Origin: Macrostomum hystrix
Lineage: Eukaryota; Animalia; Platyhelminthes
Direction of reading: 5' to 3'
Assembly (NCBI GenBank): GCA_950097015.1
Contig: CATNEN010000038.1
Coordinates: 29,884,001 to 29,948,000, forward strand
Length of the DNA: 64,000 bases
Shown: positions 23,322-35,800 of the stretch, in pieces
Layout of the letters: each line of letters opens with the position of its first letter
Position numbering within the stretch: position 1 is the first letter of the stretch
Made by a program: the position numbers and the translations under genes
The notes under the pieces: model-generated
What the model was told of the DNA's origin: nothing
The model's database searches: none
What the model saw: the letters and a program-made list of their open reading frames with translations, nothing else

Positions 23322-26300
23322 TCAGAGCTCAGCGAAGCGCAGCCGGTAGTCGGGCACGTGTCGGATCAGCACCATCAGGTGGTTCGGGTCCACGTGGTCC
23401 AGCATGGCCTGGGCTCGGCTAGCCTGGTCTTCGCTGGCCTCGTCTCCGGCCGACTCCAGTTGAAAGTCGAAGCGCTGCATGAGGCGCACGAAGAAGATGA
23501 ACAGCTCCATGCGGGCCAGGCTCTCGCCAAGGCAGGCCCGCTTGCCCGCCCCGAACTGGATCAGGCGCTGGCTGGCCTGCGGTGCAATGAGACGTTGCAA
23601 TGAGAACCGATTGAGTCGATAGAGAAGCGATTGAGTCGATAGAGAAGCGATTGAGTCGATAGAGAAGCGTTTGAGTCGTTAGAGAAGCGTTTGAGTCGAC
23701 AGGGAAGCGTTTGAGCCGATAGAGAAGAGTTTGAGTCGTTAGAGAAGCGTTTGAGTAGTTAGAGAAGCGTTTGAGTAGTTAGAGAAGCGTTTGAGTCGTT
23801 AGAGAAGAGTTTGAGTCGATGGAGAAGCGTTTGAGTCGTTAGAGAAGCATTTGAATTGATAGAGAAGCGTTTGAGTCGTTAGAGAAGCGTTTGAGTCGTT
23901 AGAGAAGAGTTTGAGTCGTTAGAGAAGCGTTTGAGTAGTTAGAGAAGCGTTTGAGTCGTTAGAGAAGAGTTTGAGTAGTTAGAGAAGAGTTTGAGTCGTT
24001 AGAGAAGCGTTTGAGTCGTTAGAGAAGAGTTTGAGTCGATGGAGAAGCGTTTGAGTCGTTAGAGAAGCATTTGAATTGATAGAGAAGCGTTTGAGTCGAT
24101 AGAGAAGCGATTGAGTCGATAGAGAAGCGTTTGAGTCGTTAGAGAAGCGTTTGAGTCGATAGGGAAGCGTTTGAGTCGATAGGGAAGCGTTTGAGTCGAT
24201 AGAGAAGCGTTTGAGTCGACAGGGAAGCGTTTGAGTGGATAGAGAAGCGTTTGAGTCGTTAGAGAAGCGTTTGAGTCGTTAGAGAAGCGTTTGAGTCGTT
24301 AGAGAAGAGTTTGAGTCGATGGAGAAGCGTTTGAGTCGATAGGGAAGCGTTTGAGTCGATAGAGAAGCGTTTGAGTCGTTAGAGAAGCATTTGAATTGAT
24401 AGAGAAGCGTTTGAGTCGTTGGAGAAGAGTTTGAGTCGTTTGAGTCATAAACGACGCGTTTCAAAAGACACTCCTAAAGCATTTTGTCACGGTACTGTTG
24501 GTATCGGGTATCGGGCCACTCAAGACTATTTTGTAGTCCACAGAAAGTGTTGATAATTGAATTTGAAGTGTTGCTTATCCCCAATTACCTGGAAGCGGCC
24601 CTCAGAGTCCAGGTGCCTCTCAGGCAGGAACCTGTCGGGCTCTGGAAAGTGCTCAGGATCCCGGTGGATGTGGTACATGTTGAACATCACGTAGCTGTCA
24701 GCAGGCAGACGGTAGCCGGCCACGCTGATGTCAGCTGTGACCCGGTGGACCAGACCGTTTGTGACCAGACTGGCCAGCCGCTGAACCTCCTCCAGAGTTG
24801 CCATGGTGAAGTGCAGCCTGGACTTGTCTGCCATGCACACCTGGCCCTGCCTGCCCAGCTGCTGGCGAATCTCGTCTCGGACCCTGGCAGCCACAGTCGG
24901 GTTGGCCAGCATGTAGATCAAGGCATAGCGCAGCGTTGAAGTTGTGGTCTCCGTGCCCGCCAAGAACAGGTCCATTATCGCCAAGCACAGACGCTTGTTG
25001 GTGAACAGGTCTACGGGATTCGAAATTGTGGCATCAAATATGTAAGACAAGTTCGTATTACGATAAAAAAGAGCTTAATTGAAAATGAATAGGACTCAGG
25101 GATCTGTAATGAGTCTTCTCAAACTTGGGATCTTGAAAGACGCCAGCTCAAACTTGGTTTCAACTTGGGATTTGGAATGGCTTTTGCTTAAATTTGGGTT
25201 CTAAAGATGTAACATCTTTGGGATCTTCCAGTAATTCGTGAACAGAATCAAGACTGTCACTCACCGCCTCCTTTATCATCAGTCTGCTGATGCAGCTGTT
25301 GGTGCTTCAGATGAGCGTCGATGTAGTCGCGAGCCTCTGATGAGGCGGCATCCATCAGTTCAGCTGCGTGATCATCTACCTATGATGTTTAAAAACGTGA
25401 CTTAGCTAGGGAATGCAGTCGACAAGACGCGGCACAAACCTGTTTCTGGCAGAAGTCCAGCAGGAAATCAATGCTTTGCAGAGTCTTCCGAATACCGGGC
25501 CGTTTAAGCAGCAAACGCATCACAAACATCAGCCTGGTGCTGATCGGCAGGAAGGCCATGGCTCGCAGGTTTTCTTCCTGGGAGCGCGGATCAGCCGTGA
25601 AGTCGTTGAAGGCTTCGAGGATGCGCTCGAACTCGGAGTTCTCCGAGGCAAGCCGACTGCCGAACACCAGCTGGCAGATGACGTTGGAGACGCTGCGACT
25701 TAGCGGCAGGCTGACGTCTATGGCCTGACCTCCTCGGGCTGCGATCTCGGCGCAGAGCTCGTCGACCTCAAGCGTGATGCAGTGTTCGGCGCCCCGCCTG
25801 CCAAGGCCAAAGTCGCGCAGAGTCTGCAGGGTGAAGCGACGGTACTGCTTCCACAGCTCGCCATCGGCTCCAACCAGACCTGTGGGCAGACAGTTCAGTT
25901 GCAATATCCTAGACGACTAAGCCTTTTCAACAGATGAGAGGAAAGCATCCACGCTGTGATACGAACGTACATCCAGCGATCACATGTTGTTACAACAGTT
26001 TTGCAATCATATAATAGTCAGAGAACAAAGACAGAACAAGGACAAAGACTTTCCCGGCATTCTACTTAGATTTGCACGACTACCAGGTTACTGAACATGT
26101 TTATTGTTAACCTACCGCCTGTGGTTCCAAGAAGGGCCTCCACTGGCTTCTGAGTGACCCGACCACTGAGAGCTTCGGCATTGTCGATCATGGCCTCCTT
26201 AAAGGCGGCGTAGCTGTTCAGGTAGTACACGCGGCTGGGTCCCAGAAAGAACAGCACCACGTGGTCCTTGCCGAAGCGCTCGGACATGAACCGGTACAGC

Positions 26301-26443
26301 GGCCGCTGAAGGTGCCGGAAGCTGCCGATGATCGGGTCGGAGCCAGGGCACGGTGGGTCGCCCTTCCGCGGTCGCGTCAGGCTGGACAAATAGAAGAATA
26401 GCAGGGCGCCTGCAGATCCGACCAGCACTACTGGCAGTAGCAT
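23322..26443 (-). CDS. cytochrome P450, CYP2 clan, copy 2 (519 aa)
   Basis: Exons 26443-26116, 25879-25440, 25379-25265, 25010-24589, 23576-23322; same exon lengths (328/440/115/422/255) and motifs as copy 1. Confidence 0.93.
23600..24447. repeat. 20-bp intronic minisatellite (AGAGAAGCGTTTGAGTCGTT)n; about 6 units at the paralogous site 18232-18357
   Basis: About 42 units in CYP copy 2 intron 4. Confidence 0.95.
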
Positions 26444-26850
26444 GGCTGCTTAGCTGGGACTTAGCTGCAATGCCACAGATAAGGCAGGCTTCTGCTGCTG
26501 AAGGACCTCTACACTACTGGCAGTAGCATGACGGTTACAGAGAATTACTGTATGTAAAGATAAAATACCAGCTACCGAACATCTAACAGAAATTTATCTC
26601 TAATAAATTAATTTATTCTAATGATTATATCTCAGGCTGGGGTCAGGTTAGTGTGCTGAGAATAGGTTTGGAGCTGCAAGGTCTTAACGGAGAGCAGCAA
26701 AGAACGTTACAACATCCACACGGCGGGGCTACCGAAGAAGGCGCCGGTGGAAAGAACGGCGTCGTGGGTGGGAAATCACCGTGGTTGACTCAGGAGATGC
26801 AGTCGACGAGCCACGAGTGGCAGGCCTTCCTAATTAGTGGTCCGCTGAGC

Positions 26851-27217
26851 AGGTTAGAGTGCTCAGGCTGAGTTCAGGTTAGAGTGCTCAGGCTGAGTTC
26901 AGGTTAGAGTGCTCAGGCTGAGTTCAGGTTAGAGTGCTCAGGCTGAATTCAGGTTAGAGTGCTCAGGCTGAGTACAGGTTAGAGTGCTCAGGCTGAGTTC
27001 AGGTTAGAGTGCTCAGGCTGAGTTCAGGTTAGAGTGCTCAGGCTGAATTCAGGTTAGAGTGCTCAGGCTGAGTACAGGTTAGAGTGCTCAGGCTGAATTC
27101 AGGTTAGAGTGCTCAGGTTGAGTTCAGGTTAGAGTGCTCAGGCTGAGTTCAGGTTAGAGTGCTCAGGCTGAGTTCAGGTTAGAGTGCTCAGGCTGAGCTC
27201 AGGTTAGAGTGCTCAGA
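26851..27217. repeat. 25-bp minisatellite (CAGGTTAGAGTGCTCAGGCTGAGTT)n
   Basis: Direct tandem repeats. Confidence 0.95.
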
Positions 27218-27789
27218 CTTAAACAAAACTATATAACGCTAGCATACCTGCTTGCATTTGTCAGTGAAAAAAGTTGAAAGAAACAATACAAGATTGTCGA
27301 ACATTTCGATGCATCAAACTGCAATTTTAATACAGTATAGCGAAAAAGAAGCGAACATTGATAATACTACTTACAGTAGCATAATTAGTCTTGTATATTC
27401 TGTATCCAGCATTTCCACCTTGTTCGATTTCATTTTCAATGAATTGTTGCGGTGCTTAAATGCACACACTATTTTAGATCTATTGAAACATTTCCTTATA
27501 ATAGAAACTTTACAAATACAATTGATTCAGTTCAATACAATTGAAAAGCAACGTTTAACACAAAAGCAATATACAATAGAGATTACACACAAGCGCAAAC
27601 ATACATACAGCTTGATAATTTAATAAAAAAACTGAAACAAAATCCTGCACTGTTTGAACAGGAAAACACAAAGTAGCATAGAATAAACACAACATTGTTA
27701 TTGTGCAAAAAACTTACTTGAATAATTAGGATTTTGTTATAACAGCTAGGATTTAATGTTAATAGCTAACAACTACTACTGGTTCTGGG

Positions 27790-28150
27790 TCGGGTGATGA
27801 GGGTTCAGGTCAGCTGATGAGGGTTCAGGTCAGCTGATGAGGGTTCAGCTCAGGCGATGAGGATTAAGGTCAGATGATGAGGATTAAGGTCAGGCGATGA
27901 GGATTAAGGTCAGGCGATGAGGATTAAGGTCAGGCGATGAGGGTTCAGGTCAGGTGATGAGGATTAAGGTCAGGTGATGAGGATTAAGGTCAGGTAATGA
28001 GGGTTCAGGTCAGGTGATGAGGAGTTCATGTCAGGTGATGAGGATTAAGGTCAGGTGATGAGGATTAAGGTCAGGTGATGAGGAGTTCATGTCAGGTGAT
28101 GAGGATTAAGGTCAGGTGATGAGGATTAAGGTCAGGCGATGAGGATTCAA
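27790..28150. repeat. 20-bp minisatellite (GAGGATTAAGGTCAGGTGAT)n
   Basis: Direct tandem repeats. Confidence 0.93.
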
Positions 28151-28686
28151 GTTAGATCGATGTTTAGTTTAGAATGAAGTTACAAAAATATTAGTCTACA
28201 TTTGTTGTAGTTTTAGTACACATTGCACTTTACAATTTTTTGCTCTTTTATCCACATTTTATCTGAGTGAGCATAAATAATTTTTTAAAAAGGTTTTTTA
28301 CCTTGAATTTGAACAAGAAAAAACGAAACTTTCTTTACACGAGTCTAACGTAAATTTTTAACCAAGAAAAACTGCATGCTTAGGGCTAAAAATGTTATAT
28401 TAAAAAATGAACAACAGCTTTCATTGTTTGTGCATTGCGAATAAATAAATAAATAACTGCACAAAAAATTTGCAATAAAAAATCCGGATAACTTTAGCAT
28501 TCACAGACTAGTAAGAGAAGAAATTATGACGGTATGAATTGCAGAGAACAGTAGGAAAATAACACAACAGAGTCAAATTAAAGAGCTCGCTGAACAGTTA
28601 TAGATTCTCACCATTTTAGTTTTGGTCTAAAATATGAAAAAAAATAATTTATATAATATGATGTTGTCTACGGCCAAGAAGCTGCC

Positions 28687-29520
28687 TTGTCTATGGTCAA
28701 AGCTGGAGTTGTTGTGTTTATTTTCTATGGTCAAAGCTGGAGTTGTTGTGTTTATTGTCTATGGTCAAAGCTGGAGTTGTTGTGTTTATTTTCTATGGTC
28801 AAAGCTGGTGTTGTTGTGTTTATTGTCTATGGTCAAAGCTGGAGTTGTTGTGTTTATTTTCTATGGTCAAAGCTGGTGTTGTTGTGTTTATTGTCTATGG
28901 TCAAAGCTGGTGTTGTTGTGTTTATTGTCTACGGTCAAAGCTGGTGTTGTTGTGTTTATTGTCTACGGTCAAAGCTGGTGTTGTTGTGTTTATTGTCTAT
29001 GGTCAAAGCTGGTGTTGTTGTGTTTATTGTGTACGGTCAAAGCTGGTGTTGTTGTGTTTATTGTCTATGGTCAAAGCTGGTGTTGTTTTGTTTATTGTCT
29101 ATGGTCAAAGCTGGTGTTGTTGTGTTTATTGTCTATGGTCAAAGCTGGTGTTGTTGTGTTTATTGTCTACGGTCAAAGCTGGTGTTGTTGTGTTTATTGT
29201 CTACGGTCAAAGCTGGTGTTGTTGTGTTTATTGTCGATGGTCAAAGCTGGTGTTGTTGTGTTTATTGTCTATGGTCAAAGCTGGTGTTGTTGTGTTTATT
29301 GTCTATGGTCAAAGCTGGTGTTGTTGTGTTTATTGTCTACGGTCAAAGCTGGTGTTGTTGTGTTTATTGTCTATGGTCAAAGCTGGTGTTGTTGTGTTTA
29401 TTGTCTATGGTCAAAGCTGGTGTTGTTGTGTTTATTGTCTATGGTCAAAGCTGGTGTTGTTGGGTTTTTGTCTATGGTCAAAGCTGGTGTTGTTGTGTTT
29501 ATTGTCTATAACCAAAGCTG
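28687..29520. repeat. 34-bp minisatellite (GTCTATGGTCAAAGCTGGTGTTGTTGTGTTTATT)n
   Basis: Direct tandem repeats; stop-free in three frames, explaining ORFs 28634/28687/28743. Confidence 0.95.
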
Positions 29521-29856
29521 TTGTTGTAATATTTATAGTCTATGGCCAAGATTTGAGTCCTATCGTCCATGGTCAAACGCCTACAAGTTATTATGAATGA
29601 GCAAGAATAAAAAAAAGTACCTAAACTACAGTATTATCGATAGCATTGCTGAAGAAACGAATATAAAGAAAAAGAGCAGCAAAGTTGGATAGACAAAAAT
29701 GGGGCGGATATAAGAGACCATGCAAAATGATTTCAGAATGCAAACTAGGGAATGGCGATGCGGGTATCGCGCACAGAAACACAGAGCTACATAGGAGTAC
29801 ACACAGGAAACAATGATAAATAAGTGTTGTAAGAGAATAGTGCTGAATTCTAGGTA

Positions 29857-32800
29857 CTACAGACGCACAGAACTAGCCGCATTGGATGACACGGAGGTTC
29901 CAGTGTGCTGGGCGTGAAGCCACTGCAGCAGAAAATCGTAAGCGAATTTGTCCAACAATTTCGCATTTGTTGAGAGCTCCGGTCGCTGCTTAATTAGCTC
30001 GTTGCGAATGTGAACAAATTGCATTGGATATTGTCCTTTGAGTAGGTTGATCTGCTGCTGCAACTGCTGCTCCTGCTGCTGCTGCTGCTGCTGTAGTAAA
30101 CGCTGTTGTTGCTGCAGTATCTGCTGCTGCTGCTGCTGCTGTTGCTGGGTGCTGCTGGCAAATGAAGACGGATGGAGTTGCGGCGGACCACCGCGGTTTC
30201 GGCCCTGCAGGCGCGAAGCCGAAGCTGCTCGAAGCATCTGCTGCTGTTGCTGTTGCCACTGCATCTGCAACTGCTGCTGATAGAGCTGCTGGGCGTAGGC
30301 CATTGTGGCAGCCGAGGCGGCTGACGAAGATGCAGCCTGAGAAGCCTGAGCAGCCGTCGGCGGCGGAGGCGGAGGCGGCGGTCGGTAGGTTCGCTCGTCT
30401 TCGTATTCGCGCCAAGCCTCGCGTCGTTCCTCCTCGGTCAGCACCTCGCTCTCGATGTTCTCCAACAGGGAGTCGTGAATGTGATAGCGGGCGATCCAGC
30501 GTGCCTCCTTGGCTAGCAGGTCTAAGAGCGAGTGGATAAAAACAGGATTGCTTTTTAATGTCTGTGCGCTGAATGTAGACAAAGAGACTAGCAAGAAAAA
30601 CCACAAATAAAATGGCAGACACGTGGACCAAAGAATGCCAGGCAGGTGAAACAGAAAGGTTGCCAGGAGTACAGAAAGGTAGGTAGCTGAACAGAAAGGT
30701 AGACTGGCGGACAGAAAAGTAGGCAGGTAGACAGAAAGGTAGGCATGTGAACAGAAAGGTAGCCAGGTAAACAGAAAGGTAGCCAGGTAAACAGAAAGGT
30801 AGACAGGTGAACAGAAAGGTAGGCAGGTGGACTGAGAGGTAGCCAGGTAAACAGAATGGTAGGCAGGTGGACTGAAAGGTAGGCAGCTGAACAGAAAGGT
30901 AGGCAGCTGAACAGAAAAGTAGGCAGCTGAACAGAAAGGTAGGCAGCTGAACAGAAAGGTAGGCAGCTGAACAGAAAAGTAGGCAGCTGAACAGAAAGGT
31001 AGGCAGCTGAACAGAAAAGTAGGCAGCTGAACAGAAAGGTAGGCATGTGAACAGAAAGGTAGGCAGCTGAACAGAAAGGTAGGCAGGTGGACTGAAAGGT
31101 AGCCAGGAAAACAGAAAGGTAGACAGGTAAACAGAAAGGTAGACAGGTAAACAGAAAGGTAGGCAGGTGGACTGAAAGGTAGCCAGGTAAACAGAAAGGT
31201 AGACAGGTAAACAGAAAGGTAGCCAGGTAAACAGAATGGTAGGCAGGTAAACAGAAAGGTAGACAGGTAAACAGAAAGGTAGGCAGGTGGACTGAGAGGT
31301 AGACAGGTAAACAGAAAGGTAGACAGGTAAACAGAAAGGTAGCCAGGTAAACAGAATGGTAGGCAGGTGGACTGAAAGGTAGAAAGGTGAACAGGGAAAT
31401 AAGCAACTCTCACCAGCCAGAATGCCGTCCTTTGGCAGGTCGAATCGCGTGGCGGCGTCTGAGTCGGCGTCAAATTTATCCACAGTGAGGGTGTACAGCT
31501 GAACCAGATCGTCGGCCCGGAAGTGCCGATCAATCTGGTGCTCGTCGACAACTCGCTGGCTAAGCGACTGCTTAGTGACCTGCCTATCATAGATTTTCTC
31601 CTCCATTGTGCCCTGGGCCACTAGGCGATAGACGTACACTGGTTTCGTTTGGCCGAAGCGGTAGGTGCGAAATATTGACTGGATGTCGTGAGAAGGATTC
31701 CAGCTGACGTCGAAAATCACCACACGATTGGCTGCAGGCAGGTTGACGCCTGTAATGCAGATGAATCTCACTGGTATTATCATGTATTTTTATATATTTT
31801 TGCCCTGGTTCAGACCCTTTCCGATATTTTCTCTGCTTGCTATTATCTTCCCATTCGTCTTCTCTTTTCTCCTTCCTAATTTTCAAATCCCATCCTCATC
31901 TCACCTCCCTTTCTCATCTCATCTCCCTTATCTCACCTCCCTTCCTCATCTAACATCCATTCCTCATCTCATCTCCCTTCCTCATCTTAACTCCCTTTCT
32001 CATCTCACTTCCCTTCCTCATCTCACTTCCCTTTTTCATCTCATCTCCCTTCCTCATCTCACCTCCCTTTCTCGTGTCACCTCCCTTCCTCATCTCACCT
32101 CCCTTTCTCGTGTCACCTCCCTTCCTCATCTCACCTCCATTCCTCATCTCACCTCCCTTTCTCGTGTCACCTCCCTTTCTCATCTCACCTCCCTTTCTCA
32201 TCTCACCTCCATTTCTCATCTCACCTCCATTTCTCATCTCACCTCCATTTCTCATCTCACCTCCATTTCTCATCTCACCTCCATTTCTCATCTCACTTCC
32301 CTTTCTCATCTCACTTCCCTTTCTCATCTCACCTCCCTTTCTCGTGTCACCTCCCTTTCTCATCTCACCTCCCTTTCTCATCTCACCTCCATTTCTCATC
32401 TCACCTCCATTTCTCATCTCACCTCCATTTCTCATCTCACCTCCCTTTCTCATCTCACCTCCATTTCTCATCTCACCTCCATTTCTCATCTCACCTCCCT
32501 TTCTCATCTCACCTCCCTTTCTCATCTCACCTCCCTTTCTCATCTCACCTCCATTTCTTATCTCACCTCCCTTTCTCGTGTCACCTCCCTTTCTCATCTC
32601 ACCTCCATTTCTTATCTCACCTCCATTTCTCATCTCACCTCCATTTCTCATCTTACCTCCCTTTCTCATCTCACCTCCATTTCTCATCTCACCTCCCTTT
32701 CTCATCTCACCTCCCTTTCTCGTCTCACCTCCCTTCCTCATCTCACCTCCCTCAAGGGTTGTAGCCTAAGTAGTTAAAGCGTTGGATTCCAGGAATTCAA

Positions 32801-35800
32801 AGGTCAGGTGTTCGATTCCCGACATAGCTAAAACAATTTGAATCCTTTTGCAGGATACTTATCAGTAGTACTATAGTTCACCCAGATATTAAATGGGCAC
32901 CAGCATTAGCTGGAGTAATTAAGGGTGGGCGTAACGTCCCCCGACAGTCCGTGGACTGGAAAGAACGCACGCAGCCTTCAGATGCAATAGCTGCGGCTGT
33001 GCTGTCGGCTGCAAATCTAAACCAACCTGGCAGGTGTAATCAATTATTAACTCTCATTACTCTCTTCTCATTTCTTTCTTTCACCGCTTCAGCCACTCAC
33101 CGAGTCCGCCAGCCTTTGTACTGATGAGAAACAGTCTCAGCCGCAGATCGTCAACTCTATTGAAAGCCTCGGACATTGCTTTACGCGCCTGAGGCGCACT
33201 GGAACCGTCCAATCGCAGATAGTCCCTGCCCTGCTCCCAGGAGTTGAAACCCAACTCGGAGCGAAACAGCGAGCCCTCGCCTTGGTCGTGAAATCTGCCT
33301 AGGAAATGCTCGATCACATTCAATGATAGCAGAGACTGCGAGAACACTAACAGCTTGTCGCCAATGTCGTTGCACATCTTGACAATGTTGAACAATATGT
33401 AAAGCTTGCCGCTGATGTTAACATCATCGGCCATGTCTTCGGTGTAGATGGAATGCCACCACTCCTGCTTGGTGGAGGTTGGCGCAGGGGCGTCCGTGTC
33501 GCTAGTCAGGTCGATGGTTGGACTGCCCTGGCGAGTGTGCCGACTGCGGCGAACAATTGGTGCGGCGGCAGCTGATGCGGCGGCTTCGTTTGAGCCGTTC
33601 TCATTGTCCGAACTGGAGCTAGAAGTGCTGCCAGAGTCGGACGATTCTTCTTCTTCGTCGTCGATAAATTCGGCATCCTCTTCGTCGGATTCCTCCTGCA
33701 GTCTGCGAAGTAGCAACTCTTCTTCGTGCAGCTTCAGTGTGTAGGGATGTGTCCAGACACGGTATAGCACCTGATTGTCGGCGAATAGAGAGACGCCGCC
33801 CTGAGATAGAAGCGGCCTCACCTGGTCCAGGTAGGTCTGGTACAGACGAATCTGGGTTGAGAATTTGTGTGATTAATTCAGTAATTAATGGAACGACTTG
33901 GGCACACAAGGACCCAAATAGAGCGACTTGAGCACACGAGGACTCTTATGGAACTACTTGAGCACACAATGATCCTTATTGTGAGACTTAAGCACACAAT
34001 GACCCTAATGGAACGACTTGAGCACACAATGACTCTAATGGAACGACTTGAGCACACAATGACTCTAATGGAACGACTTGAGCACACAATGACTCTAATG
34101 GAACGACTTGAGCACACAATGACTCTAATGGAACGACTTGAGCACACAATGACTCTAATGGAACGACTTGAGCACACAATGACTCTAATGGAACGACTTG
34201 AGCACACAATGACTCTAATGGAACGACTTGAGCACTTGAGCACACAATGACTCTAATGGAACGACTTGAGCACACAATGACTCTAATGGAACGACTTGAG
34301 CACACAAGGACCCTAATGAAACGACTTGAGCACACAAGGGCCCTAATGGAACGACTTAAGCACACAAGGAATCTTACAAAACGACTAGAGCACACAAGGA
34401 CCCTTAAAGAACGACTTGAGCACACAATGACTCTTATGGAACGACTTGAGCATCCTTGTTGTGAGACTTCAGCACAAGAGAACCCTTATTAAACGATTTA
34501 AAATGAAAGCTCTCACCTGCACATCACTGAGCCGCACACTGATGATGTACTCATACTTAGGCGGAAGGTACTTAGTCAATGCCGAATAATCGCGCCTATG
34601 CACACAGCCGTCAAGCATTTTGTGCAGCACGTGGGCCCGACGCTTCATAATGCGTACGTCCAGGGCTGTACTATCGGCGTGCTGGCCGTTCACAATAGGA
34701 TTAACAAAACGATTAGCGAATTCCTTGGCCGTACCCAGCAGATTCGGCTTGACAAAGTTCACCATGGTATAGTACTCATTTAGATTGTTTTGCAGCGGAG
34801 TACCCGTGAGCACAATTCTACGCCGAGTACGCATCTCGTTCATCACCTTGGCGAGGCCGGTGGAGCCCGACTTTAGAATGTGGCCCTCGTCACATACGAC
34901 AACATCGGGTCCGGGGTCCAATAAAGCCTGAGCGAAGGAAATTTCGGTGTAAGAAGTTCAGATGTACTACTAAACTTCAGAACGTAACAGTAAAAAATAT
35001 CTTTATCAGAAATTACCAATCAGAAATTATCGCCCTCTCACCTGGCGAAAGATCTCGCGATTCTTTTTCTGTCTAATATTCTTGCCGGATGCCAGATTTC
35101 TGAGCATATCGTAGTTGACAATGAGCACGCCGCCATTCTTCAAGAAGCCCTGACAGTGAACTAGGCGCATCTTGTTGTCTCGCACTGTGGCTATCTCTTG
35201 CACGTCTACAATGTCATCTTCGGTTGAATCTTCTAGCCACATGCGAAACTCGTTACGCCAATTAAGCACGGTATTCAGCGGGCAGATAATCAAGGCTGAG
35301 CGAACCTTGAACTGATCCGGATAGCGGAACAGGGTGTGCAAGAATGCAATAGTGGACAAAGTTTTGCCCAGACCCATACAGTGTGCAAGAATGCATCCTG
35401 AGCCTTCCGGCTGACGCTTGAACTGTTCCAGACTTTCGTAAAGGCACTCGTACTGGAACTGCACCGCTTCAACTTGGTGCGGCTTCAGCTTGACGCAAAT
35501 ATTCGGACTGACTTCGATCACAGGCTCGCGAGTCTCAGGATCTCGTTCTAGAACCAGCTGCTTAGTGATGACAATCTTGTTTGGACCTGTGTCGTCCAGC
35601 ACCTCCTGGATTATGTTCTCGTTGTACTGACGCTGCTTCTCCGCCACTCGTCGACGACGCTCCTTTTCGGCCAGCTCGGCCTCTTTAGTGACACTGCTCA
35701 GCTTGTTGACTTTCATGATGCGTTTGATATTGCGCCTTCCGGTAGCTTTGTCATCGTCATCCTCATCGCCATCGTCGTCAGGATTGCGCTCGTCATCTGA

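Noticed and set aside
33801-33821. Possible 21-nt GT-AG micro-intron in ATRX (GTGAGG...CTCAG)
   Set aside because: In frame, stop-free, and in a segment where ATRX orthologues have a linker; more simply coding
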